The notes below the pieces were generated by a model, which made no database searches, was not told the DNA's origin, and was given only the letters and a program-made list of their open reading frames with translations. Both the position numbers and the translations under genes were made by a program. 64,000 bases of DNA from an uncultured Iamiaceae bacterium (GTDB lineage: Bacteria > Actinomycetota > Acidimicrobiia > Acidimicrobiales > Iamiaceae). The first letter of the stretch is position 1. Each line of letters begins with the position of its first letter. This document shows positions 21,264 through 30,659 of this stretch, in pieces. The stretch lies in the NCBI GenBank assembly GCA_963743955.1, contig CAVURR010000014.1, forward strand, positions 241,081 through 305,080. The letters run 5' to 3'.

Positions 21264-22790
21264 TCAGGGCTGGGGGCGGTCGGCGGAGGGGTCGGCCGCG
21301 GGGTCGCCCGGGTGGTCGGGGGCGACCCGCACGCAGCCCCGCCCGGCCCGCTTGGCCGCGTAGAGCCCACGGTCGGCGGCGTCGACCAGCTCGACGGGGG
21401 TGTCGCCGTGACGGGGGGCCAGGGCGACGCCGATCGAGGCGCCGACCCGCACCCGGACCCCTCCGAGCTCGAGCGGGTGCTCCAGGGCCTCGATCAGGGT
21501 GGTGCCGAGCGTGATGGCCGCCTCCTCGGTCGACAGGTCGGGGCAGAGCACCACGAACTCGTCGCCGCCGATGCGGGCCAGGTGGTCGGTCGAGCGGACC
21601 GCGGCCGCGAGGCGGGCGCCGATGAGCGCCAGCAGGGAGTCGCCGAAGCGGTGGCCGTAGTGGTCGTTGACCGGCTTGAACCGGTCGAGGTCGATGTACA
21701 GCACCCCGCACGGCGACGGGGGCCTGCGGTCGAGGACGGCACCGAGGCGGCTGAGCAGCTCCTCGCGGTTGAGCAGGTCCGTGAGCGGGTCGCGGGTGGC
21801 GGCGCGGACCAGGCGGCGCTGCGAGCGGTCGCGGCCGACCGCGAGGGCGACGGCGTCGATGATCTTGCCGACGGCGAGGCTCTGCCCGTGCAGAGGGTCG
21901 CCCTCCGGTCGGCGCCACACCACCACCGCCGCGGTGGGCGCGACGTCGGGAGGGATGAGGACGGGGAACACCCAGCAGGCGTGGAAGCCGTCGGCCCGGG
22001 CGATGGCGGCCAGGTCGCCCGGGAGGTCGTCGACGGCGCAGTGCACCGGGTCGACCTTCCCCGACCGCAGCGCCCGGTACCAGGGCAGGGCGAGACGGGC
22101 CTCGTCGTCGACGATGGCCCGCTTGCACGCCTGCCAGACCCGCTCGCTCACCGCCGGTGCCGAGGCCCCGGTGAAGTGGTGGCCGTCCCATCCGTGGACG
22201 ATGGCGGTGGCCGAGGCGGGCACGGTCGCGTCGACGCTGCGGGCCAGGAGCCCGAGGCTGGTGGCCAGCGGAGAGCCGGACACCAGCTCGGTGAGGAAGC
22301 GCTCCATGAACCGCTCGCGTGCCGCCGGCCGGATCCGCAGGTGGAGGGCGTGCAGCGGGTCGTCGACGTAGCGGTGGCCACCGACCTCGACCGGCAGCAT
22401 CACCCCGTCGGCCCGGGCCAGCTCGAAGTCGACCGGGATGTCCTCCTGGTCGGTGGCCTGCACCTGGGTGAGCATGCGGACCGCGACCTCGACCGACGCC
22501 GGGCTGAGGAAGTCGGACACCGCTCCGGCCCAGGATCTGCTCGACCGGCAGGCCGATCATGTCGGCCGCCGCCGGGTTGAGGTGGCGGACGATGCCCTTC
22601 AGGTCGATCATCAGCCGTCCGTAGGGGTCGTCGAGGACGATCCGCTGGCACAGGTCCGGCGATCCCACCGGCCACCCGTCCCGCCAGGTGTCGTCGTCGC
22701 GGGTCGCGTCGTCGCCGGGCGCGTCGTCGGAGGAGACGTCGCTCGGCTCGACCACGTTCCCTCCCTGGCTCGCACGGTCCCACACGCCCG
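21264..22790 (-). CDS. PAS-GGDEF diguanylate cyclase (one apparent frameshift near 22530; 5' end approximate)
   Basis: PAS segment LMIDLKGIVRHLNPAAADMIGLPVEQILGRSG in one frame. GGDEF: RIGGDEFVVL, YIDLDRFKPVNDHYGH in the other. Confidence 0.7.
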
Positions 22791-22888
22791 CCAGGCGGCA
22801 GACGTTCGTCCGAACGGCCGGGCTTGTCAATCGCCGGCGGCGCTCGGCTCCGGTCGCGGCGGGTCCCGGGGTGGGGCACTCTGGAAGG

Positions 22889-23845
22889 GTGCCTGCCTCC
22901 GACGGACGGACGCCCGGGGTCGACCCGGCGGAGATCGCCGCCCTGCTGGCGCTCCCACCCGAGGAGTTCGTCGCGGCCCGCACGGCCCGGGCGAAGGAGC
23001 TGCGGGCCGAGGGTCGGCGCACCGAGGCGGCGGCCATGGCCAAGCTGCGCAAGCCGTTGCGCCTGGTGTGGGTCCTCGGCGAGCTGGCCCGCCGCAACCC
23101 CGAGGTGGCCGAGGCCGCGGCCGACGTCGCCGCCCAGGTCGAGCGGGCCATGGCCAACGGCGCAGGAGGGGTGCGTCCGCTGCTGGCCCAGTTCCGCGAC
23201 GTCGTGGCCGAGGTCGCCGGCCTCGCCGACGACCTCGACGGCACGGTCGACCGCCTCCAGGTCGGCCTCGCCCTGCGGGAGGTGCTGGCCGACCCCGATG
23301 CCCGGCGGGCGTGGGTCGGCGGCTGGCTGCTGGCCATGCCCGGCGACGACGAGGTCGCCATCGCCGACCCCGGCGACGAGCTGGCCGCTCGGCGCGCCGC
23401 CAAGGCCGGGTCCGACGCGGGGGAGCGACGTGGCGTGCACCCCTCCGGCGAGGTGCCGCCGGAGGGTCGGCCGCCCAAGCCGCGCCGTCCACGGCGGACC
23501 AAGGAGGAGGTGGAGGCCGATCGGACCCGCCGGGCCGAGGAGAAGGAGGCCGCCGCCCGGGAGGCGGCCCGCCGCGATGCCCTGCTCCGGGCCGAGGCGG
23601 CCCAGATCGTCGCCGACGGTGCGGTCACCCTGGCCCGGCAGAACCACGACGCGGCGGTGGCGACCCTCGGCGACCTGGAGGCGCGGCTCGCCGCTCTCCA
23701 GACCGAGCTGGTGGCGGCGCGGGAGGCCATCGGGAGCAGCGAGCAGGCGGTCGCCGTCGCGGAGGCGCGGAGGGACGCGGCCCATGCCGCCCTCGCCGCC
23801 CTCGGCGGCGCCCCTCGGAGGGGTGGATCGGGCCGTCGCCGCTGA
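22889..23845 (+). CDS. hypothetical Ala/Arg/Glu-rich protein
   Basis: GTG at 22889 in frame with a 319-aa ORF; helical, low-complexity C-terminal half; no motif recognised. Confidence 0.4.
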   Translation: MPASDGRTPGVDPAEIAALLALPPEEFVAARTARAKELRAEGRRTEAAAMAKLRKPLRLVWVLGELARRNPEVAEAAADVAAQVERAMANGAGGVRPLLAQFRDVVAEVAGLADDLDGTVDRLQVGLALREVLADPDARRAWVGGWLLAMPGDDEVAIADPGDELAARRAAKAGSDAGERRGVHPSGEVPPEGRPPKPRRPRRTKEEVEADRTRRAEEKEAAAREAARRDALLRAEAAQIVADGAVTLARQNHDAAVATLGDLEARLAALQTELVAAREAIGSSEQAVAVAEARRDAAHAALAALGGAPRRGGSGRRR

Positions 23846-23917
23846 CGCGCCGCCCGGGGCCTGCGGCGGCGGCGGGTCGCTCATGAAGTCCTCACATCTC
23901 CCGCCGACGATGGGGCC

Positions 23918-25743
23918 ATGCGTCGCCCTGTCCGCGCCCTGCTCGCCGCGCTCGCCCTGGTGGGCGTCGTCGCCCTCGCCCCCGCCGCGCCGGCGTCCGC
24001 CGCGCCCGCACCCCTGCCCATCGACACCCCGGGCTCGACCGCGCCGATCCGGCTGATCAGCTCCACCACCAGAAGCGGCTGGCGGTACGACTCCTACCGG
24101 AACACCGCCTACGTCTGCGCCGTCAGCGGCTTCAACACCTTCACGATCGCCACCAAGGTGGGCACGCCCGACGACGCGGTGCGGCCGTTGTGGGTGTTCA
24201 TGCACGGGGGAGGCGTCGGGTACTTCCGCCCGGACGGGTCCACCAACGGCGACGGGCAGAAGACCGAGGAGAGCCCGGCGACGCAGATCCAGACCCTCGA
24301 GCGCGGTGGCCTCCTCGACCGGATCGAGGCCGCACCCGCCGGGTTCCGGCTGATGGCCGTGTCGATGTGCAACCACGACATCTACGCCGGCTCCGGGCTG
24401 GCCGACCCCTACAACCCCAACCGCAAGCCGGACGGGTCCCCGCGGACGGTCGACGGCCTGTTCGCCACCAAGGCGGCGGTCCAGTTCGCCCTCCAGACCC
24501 GGCCCACCGACGACTTCTTCCTCCACGGCGGAAGCGCCGGGTCGTTCGGGTCCTTCGGCGTGGCCTGGGCGCTGGAGGAGCAGGGCCTCCCGCCGGCCGG
24601 CGTGGTCGGCGACTCCGGCGTGCTGTTCCGCGAGTGGCAGGTGGCCAACGCCGACTCGCCCGTGTGCGGGCGGCGAGGAGGTCGCGGGCGAGGTGCTGCC
24701 GCAGCGCCTGCACCCCGAGATCCTCGACCCGGAGAACGACCCCGCCCACCTGGTCGCCGACGGCCGCCTGACCGTCCCGCTGGTGCAGGTGTGGTCGATC
24801 GGCGACCCCGGCCAGTGCGGCACGACCCCCATGACCTGCCCGGTCGCCGGCTCGCCGACGCTGGGCTCGGTCGACTGCATGCACGAGCCACTGCGCCGGG
24901 CCATCGACGCCCAGCCCGGCGACCGCTCGATGAACCTCCGGCTGTGCGTCGACAACCCGAACCGGCCCGGTGACTGCGACCGCCACGTCCCGACCATGGC
25001 GACGGGGGTCTCCAACACCCTGCCGGGCACGCCCGCCGACCACCTGTCCACGGTGATGACCTGGGTGACCGCCCGCCTCGCCGACGACGGGTCCACGCCT
25101 CCGGCGGACCGCACGCCCGTCGGCTCGTTCGTGACCGCGTCGCTCACCGACCTCCTGGGCGAGGCCGACGAGCGCCGGGTCGAGGCCGGGGTCCACGCCC
25201 TCGTCGCGGGCCGGCCCCGGCGGACCTTCCTCGGCGAGCTCACGACGTCGGATGAGTGGTTGGAGGCGGTCGTCGGCGACCTCTACCAGGACACCCTCGG
25301 TCGGCCGGGCGACCCGGCCGGCACCGCTCTTCTGGGTGGAGCAGCTGCGCTCCGGTCGCCGCACCGTGGCCGAGGTGGCGGCGGCGTTCTACGCCTCGCC
25401 CGAGTACTACTCCGGCATCGGAGGCGGGACGGACGAGTCGTGGATCACCGACCTGTACGTCAAGGTGCTGGGTCGATCGCCCGACGCCGGCGGCCTCGCC
25501 TACTGGGTCGGGCAGGTCGAGGCCACGGGTCGGACGTCGGTCGCCCACCGGATCTTCCAGTCGCCCGAGTCGGCCCGGGCGCGCGTCACCGCCCTCTACG
25601 AGGCGCTGCTCGGCCGCGCGCCCGACGCGTCGGGCCTCGCCTTCTGGTCGGCGCGCGTCGTCCGCGAGGGCGACCTCGCCCTCGCCGTCGACCTCGCGGC
25701 CTCCGCCGAGTACGCCTCCCGCGCCGAGGTCCGCTTCCCCTGA
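23918..25743 (+). pseudogene. secreted hydrolase-like protein with two C-terminal DUF4214 repeats (frame changes near 24680 and 25330)
   Basis: Signal peptide MRRPVRALLAALALVGVVALAPAAPASA. LWVFMHGGGVGYF and FFLHGGSAGSFGS (esterase-like). C-terminal repeats DLYQDTLGRPGDPAG...FWVEQL, DLYVKVLGRSPDAGGLAYWVGQV and ALYEALLGRAPDASGLAFWSARV. Confidence 0.6.
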
Positions 25744-25789
25744 TCGCGCGGCCAGGTGGTAGCCCGCGGCCCAGTCGGCGAACATGACG

Positions 25790-27218
25790 CTCACCGAGTG
25801 GCCCGACGACGGCCAGGCCGGGAGGTTCAGCACCTGCGGTCGCTCGGTGTCGCCGCGGGGCAGGTTGGTGACCGTGATGGTCGCCTCCTCGTCGGCGGGC
25901 AGGGAGACGTCGACGCCGCTCTGGAAGGGCTGCTCGGAGAAGTAGGGGAGCGGCTCGAGGGACGTCTCGCCCGGGGATGCGGCGTCGTCGTGCAGGTGGA
26001 TCCCGATGGTGGCGTTGCCGACGAACGGCTCCAGCACGTCGACCGGCTCGGCCCCGTCGACCGAGACCTCGAGCACGTCGCGCTGGTCGCCGTCGAGGTC
26101 GGCGTCGTCGGTCGCGTACCACTCGCGCATGCGCATGACGATGAGCGGCGGTGTGGTCGTCGCCGACGTTGGTGTTGGCCCGGGTGGACCCGTCCGGTGC
26201 CGACGAGAGGAGCCGGACCATGTCGCTGCTCCGCACGTAGGGCTGGAGGTAGAGGTGGTGCTCGACGTCGGTGTCGTCGGCGGAGAGCACCCACTCGTAG
26301 GGGGCGCCGGTGACGACCTCGACGGGACCGAACGACCCGTCGGCGCCGAGGTCGAAGCTGGCGTGGGGCTCGTCGCCGGTGCGCATGCCGGTCTCGGCGT
26401 CGATGGCCCAGACGTCGAGGTGGGCGCCGTCCCGACCCACGTTGGCGGGGAACTCGACCGCCCGGCCGTTGAGCACCACCGGCTCGCGCTGCGGGACGAT
26501 GTCGACCACCTCGGGCGCCTCGCCGAGCAGGAACTCGTACTGCACCGCGAACGACTCGGGCGACGTGGCCGTCTCGACGTGGGCCTGGCCCGGCAGCGAC
26601 GCCTGGGTGGGGGCGAGGCAGGGGACGGTGGTCGCGGCAGGGGAACCCGTCGATGGCGATGTAGCGGGCGACCTTGGCGGCGCGCTCGGGCGTGCCCAGG
26701 TACGTCGTCGACACGCTGGTGCCCCGGGAGTGGCCCACCAGGTACACCTGCTCGGCGTCGTGCTCGACCAGCACGTCGTCGATGAACGCGGCCAGCCCCT
26801 CGGTGTAGCCCTCGATGTCGAACCCGGCGCCGTCGTGCTCGTAGGCGACGATCCGCTCCGGCGGGTAGCCGTTGGCGACGAAGCGCATCGCCTGCGACTC
26901 GTACTGCTGCGCGGAACCGGCGAAGCCGTGGACGAACACGATCGGGAGGGCGACGTCGTCGGGCAGGGGGGCGAGCGGGTCCACACCGTCCGGGTCGCCG
27001 AGCTCGATCGCGTCCTCACCGCTCCCGTCGTCGCCATCGGCGTCGCCCGATGCGGTGGTCTCCGTGCCCTCCCCGCCGCCGGCGGATGGCTCGTCGTCAC
27101 CGTCGTCGCTGCACGCCGCCGCGGTGAGGGCGATGAGCACGACGAGCGCGAGCGCGAGGCCCCTCTGGTACCGGCCCGGTCGGGCTCGGAGGGTGGTTCG
27201 GTCGGCGTCCCGCAGCAT
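25790..27218 (-). pseudogene. secreted triacylglycerol-lipase-like alpha/beta hydrolase lipoprotein, reconstructed from 3 frames; 3' end approximate
   Basis: LALALVVLIALTAAACSDD lipobox; PIVFVHGFAGS and VYLVGHSRGTSVS (lipase class 2 nucleophile elbow); C-terminal beta domain in two further frames. Confidence 0.5.
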
Positions 27219-27269
27219 CCGGCGAACCGTAGGTGCCCGGCGCCGGGGAGGCCCCGGCCCCACCAACGT

Positions 27270-27328
27270 GCAATCAAGGGTTGCGCGTCCCGTTCCACCG
27301 TGCCAGAGTGTCCGCAACCAAAGGTTGC
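27270..27328 (+). promoter_or_regulatory. two operator-like inverted repeats upstream of the SRPBCC-ArsR-SRPBCC operon
   Basis: GCAATCaagGGTTGC at 27270-27284 and perfect GCAACCaaaGGTTGC at 27314-27328, ending 15 bp before the RBS/ATG at 27343. Confidence 0.35.
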
Positions 27329-27342
27329 GAAAGGGAGCACGG

Positions 27343-27810
27343 ATGAGCGAGCACGGGAGCATCGAGCGGGAGATCCACGTCGAGGCATCGCCCGACGTGG
27401 TGTTCGAGGTGGTGACCAGCCCCGAGCACCTGCGGCAGTGGTGGCCCGACGACGCCGTCGTCGACCCCACGCCGGGCGCGGTCGGCGAGCTGGTCTTCGG
27501 CGACCGGGCCTCGCCCGACGCCCAGATCCCGCAGATCACGGTGGTCGACGCCGAGCCGCCCCGCCTGTTCTCCTTCCGCTGGGTCTACCCCGAGGACGAG
27601 GCCGCGGCGCCCGGCAACTCGCTGCTGGTGACCTTCGAGCTCGTCGCCTCCGACGGCGGCACCCTCGTCCGCATGACCGAGACCGGCTTCCGGGAGAAGG
27701 GCTGGGAGGCCGCGGTGCTCGAGGCGCAGTACCTCGACCACAGTGCCGGTTGGGACCACTTCATCCCCCGCCTCGGCGAGTACGTGGCCCGGCTGGTGGC
27801 GGCCGGATGA
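27343..27810 (+). CDS. SRPBCC/Aha1-like domain protein
   Basis: Intact 155-aa ORF. HLRQWWPDD, LFSFRWVYPE and TETGFREKGWEAAVLEAQYLDHSAGWDHF fit the AHSA1/SRPBCC pattern. Confidence 0.8.
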   Translation: MSEHGSIEREIHVEASPDVVFEVVTSPEHLRQWWPDDAVVDPTPGAVGELVFGDRASPDAQIPQITVVDAEPPRLFSFRWVYPEDEAAAPGNSLLVTFELVASDGGTLVRMTETGFREKGWEAAVLEAQYLDHSAGWDHFIPRLGEYVARLVAAG

Positions 27811-28151
27811 GCGTCGCCATCGACGACGACCTCTGGTCCGCGATCGGCGACCCGACCCGGCGCCGCCTGGTCGACCTGCTGCTCGCCTCCGGCGACGCGA
27901 CGGCGACGAGCCTGAGCGCCCAGCTGCCGGTGTCGCGCCAGGCGGTCGCCAAGCACCTCGCGGTGCTGGACCGGGTCGGCCTGGTGCAGGTGACCCCGGT
28001 CGGACGGGAGCGGCGCTACGAGCTCGACGAGGTGCAGCTCGCCCGAGCCGTCGCCCAGCTCGCCGCGGTCGAGTCGTCGTGGGACGGCCGGCTGCGACGG
28101 ATCAAGGAGATCGCCGAGGCGATCGAACGGCAACGACAGACCAACGACTAG
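27807..28151 (+). CDS. ArsR/SmtB family transcriptional regulator
   Basis: ATGA overlap with the upstream gene. HTH: IGDPTRRRLVDLLLASGDATATSLSAQLPVSRQAVAKHLAVLDRVGLV. Confidence 0.85.
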   Translation: MSVAIDDDLWSAIGDPTRRRLVDLLLASGDATATSLSAQLPVSRQAVAKHLAVLDRVGLVQVTPVGRERRYELDEVQLARAVAQLAAVESSWDGRLRRIKEIAEAIERQRQTND

Positions 28152-28165
28152 AGGAGACGAACGAC

Positions 28166-28618
28166 ATGCTGGACATCCGACACGAGATGGGCATCAGGAC
28201 CGACGACCCCGACGAGGTGTTCGCGGCACTGACCACCGTCGAGGGCCTCGCGGGGTGGTGGACGACCGACACATCCGGGGACGGCGACGTCGGAGGCACC
28301 CTCCGGTTCCGCTTCCCCTCGGGCGGCTTCGACATGGAGGTGCTGGAGGCCGAGCGGCCCGCGAGCGTGCGGTGGCGGGTCGTCGACGGTCCCCCCGAGT
28401 GGATCGACACGACGATCGACTGGACCCTGGAGGAGGGCGACGGCTGGACCACCGTCCTGTTCACCCACGAGGGCTGGCGGGAGCCGGTCCGCTTCATGCA
28501 CCACTGCAGCACCAAGTGGGCGACCTACCTGCTCAGCCTCAAGTCCCTCGTCGAGACCGGCGCCGGGGCCCCGGCGCCGAACGACCTGAAGATCATCGAC
28601 TGGGAGCCGGCCGCCTGA
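28166..28618 (+). CDS. SRPBCC/Aha1-like domain protein (paralogue of 27343-27810)
   Basis: RBS GAGGAG, 150 aa. VFAALTTVEGLAGWWTTD, VRWRVVDGPPEW, TVLFTHEGWRE. Confidence 0.8.
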   Translation: MLDIRHEMGIRTDDPDEVFAALTTVEGLAGWWTTDTSGDGDVGGTLRFRFPSGGFDMEVLEAERPASVRWRVVDGPPEWIDTTIDWTLEEGDGWTTVLFTHEGWREPVRFMHHCSTKWATYLLSLKSLVETGAGAPAPNDLKIIDWEPAA

Positions 28619-28697
28619 GACCCTCCGGCCGGGTGACCTCACGGACCGGTCGACCTCCCACCCGCCAGGCCTGACGGAGGTGCCGCGCCGCGCCGCG

Positions 28698-29258
28698 TCA
28701 GGCGGCGGGGGCGGGGGTCGACCGGCTGGTGCGACGGGCGTCGAGGGCGATGACGAGGGCGGTGCCCAGGCTCCAGAGCCCGAGCATCATCAGCCCCAGG
28801 ATCGCGGCCCACTCGGCCGCGGTGAACTCGTCCTCGGTGGTCCCCATGACCGCGAACGAGGCGATGACCAGGACGACGCCGACGAGGCTCCACGGCACCC
28901 AGCGCGGGGCGCGGGGCCCGGTCGGGGTGCTGGGTTGGGTGCGTTGCACCACGACGACGGCGGCGATGAGCAACGGCAGGCCGATGAGCGCCCCTCCGCT
29001 CAGCATGGCGAAGACGGCGAAGGCGAGGCCGAAGCCTGCCAGCACAGCACGAGTGGGGAACATGGCTTCCTCCCGACGGAGACGGACGGCCGACGACGCG
29101 GTGTCGCCGACCAGGGACGGCCAGAGCCGCCACACCGGTTCGCCGCCGAAGCGGCGTCGATCGCAGGCGAGCTGGACGACGTCCTCGCCGAAGTCGTCGC
29201 GGAACGACCGGGGAAGCAGGCGGACCAGCACCCGGCTCACCCGTTCCGTCGCGCTCAT
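28698..29258 (-). CDS. membrane protein co-transcribed with PadR (permease-prefix-like N-terminus)
   Basis: ATGA overlap with the PadR stop; 3-4 TM helices; N-terminal RLLPRSFRDDFGEDVVQL resembles PadR-associated membrane partners. Confidence 0.5.
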   Translation of the reverse strand: MSATERVSRVLVRLLPRSFRDDFGEDVVQLACDRRRFGGEPVWRLWPSLVGDTASSAVRLRREEAMFPTRAVLAGFGLAFAVFAMLSGGALIGLPLLIAAVVVVQRTQPSTPTGPRAPRWVPWSLVGVVLVIASFAVMGTTEDEFTAAEWAAILGLMMLGLWSLGTALVIALDARRTSRSTPAPAA

Positions 29259-29584
29259 CCCGTCACCCCGAGGGTCGGCCGGGGCTGGGCCGGCAGACGC
29301 CGACGAGCGGCCGCCGCCAGCGTCGCGATGCGCTCGAGCTCGGCGGCGGCGACCTGCTCACCGAACGCGGTGAGCTGGTAGTAGCGGCGGCGCTCGTCGT
29401 CGAGCTCGGGGGCGGGCCGCTCGGAGACCTCCTCGATCATCCCCTGGCCGACCATGCGCTTGAGCGAGCCGTAGAGGGTGCCCGGGCCGAGGCGCACCGT
29501 CCCCTCCGACAGGTCCTCGACCGTCGTCATGATCCGGTACCCGTGGCCGGGACCGTCGGCGAGGGCGGTGAGGATGTACATCGC
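29255..29584 (-). CDS. PadR family transcriptional regulator (alternative GTG start at 29638)
   Basis: MYILTALADGPGHGYRI...GPGTLYGSLKRM winged-helix signature. Confidence 0.7.
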   Translation of the reverse strand, partial: AMYILTALADGPGHGYRIMTTVEDLSEGTVRLGPGTLYGSLKRMVGQGMIEEVSERPAPELDDERRRYYQLTAFGEQVAAAELERIATLAAAARRRLPAQPRPTLGVTG

Positions 29585-29734
29585 GGAGGCAGGCAGCGGG
29601 AGCAGCTCCCGGGGATCGGCGCTGGGGCGATCTGTCACGACACTCGTTATATCGTGAGTCGATACATAGGTCAACCGGTTCGTCGGTCCGGCCGTCGGCG
29701 ATCGGGCTCGCCCGACGACTGCCATCATGAGGGC

Positions 29735-30526
29735 GTGGCCGAGGATCGAGGTTGGTGGAGCCGCGCCGACCGGCGGGAGCTGGAGCGGCGGGCCGCCGAG
29801 GCCGAGTCGCTCGCCCCGTTCCTGGAGCTGGCCCGGGAGATCCGCCTCGACGTCGCCCGCGTCGTCGCCGACGACGGTGGCGACGTGGCCGCGATCTCCG
29901 AGCTGATCGAGGGCTACCCGGCGGCGGAGCGGGCCCGCGTGGTCCGCGAGGTCTTCGCCCACCTGCCGCCGGACGCGCAGTGGGCGGTGCTGGAGAGGGT
30001 GTACGGCGACGACGAGGTCCGTCGGCACCTGGCCGCAGAGCGGGCCGAGCGGGTGGCCCTCCTCGCCCGCACCACGGCGGCGCGGGAGGCGGCCCACGCC
30101 GCTCGGGCCGAGCGTCGCATCGACCTGTCGACGTTCCCCGCGGGGGTGGAGGTCACCGTCGGGCTCTTCCGCGAGGGAGACGTCCGGGCCGCGCTGACCC
30201 GGGGAGGGTCGGCCACCTCCTGCGCTCGTCGCATCGTCCTGCGCAGCACCGACCGCGGCGGTCTCCTCGTGCTCGAAGACGTCTTCAACCCTCGCGGCGG
30301 CTACTTCGTGACCCGCGAGTACGACGAGGCGACCTGGCGCGACGAGCGCCTCCCCGCCCATGCCCTGGTGTGGATCGGCTCCGCGGGACCCCGGTCGGAG
30401 GCGGCGTTCGAACCGGTCCTGTACCCCGGGGGACGCGTCGACGCGGAGGTCGACGGCGTCGTCCGGGAGGGTCGGCTCCACCTGGGGTTCGTCCTCCTCG
30501 ACGACATCGACGTGTTCGGCCCCTGA
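29735..30526 (+). CDS. hypothetical protein
   Basis: 263-aa ORF with ordinary composition (ELAREIRLDVARVVADDGGD...); no motif recognised; start uncertain. Confidence 0.4.
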   Translation: MAEDRGWWSRADRRELERRAAEAESLAPFLELAREIRLDVARVVADDGGDVAAISELIEGYPAAERARVVREVFAHLPPDAQWAVLERVYGDDEVRRHLAAERAERVALLARTTAAREAAHAARAERRIDLSTFPAGVEVTVGLFREGDVRAALTRGGSATSCARRIVLRSTDRGGLLVLEDVFNPRGGYFVTREYDEATWRDERLPAHALVWIGSAGPRSEAAFEPVLYPGGRVDAEVDGVVREGRLHLGFVLLDDIDVFGP

Positions 30527-30659
30527 CGCCCCGGTGGCCGGCGCGAGTGGTGGTGGCCCGGTCGGGTCGCGCCGTGGATAGGTTGAGGCCAGTCGGCTCC
30601 ACATCGGCTGTCGAGTGGGCGACACGTCGAGGGCGTGAACCCTCGCATCGGAGGCAACG

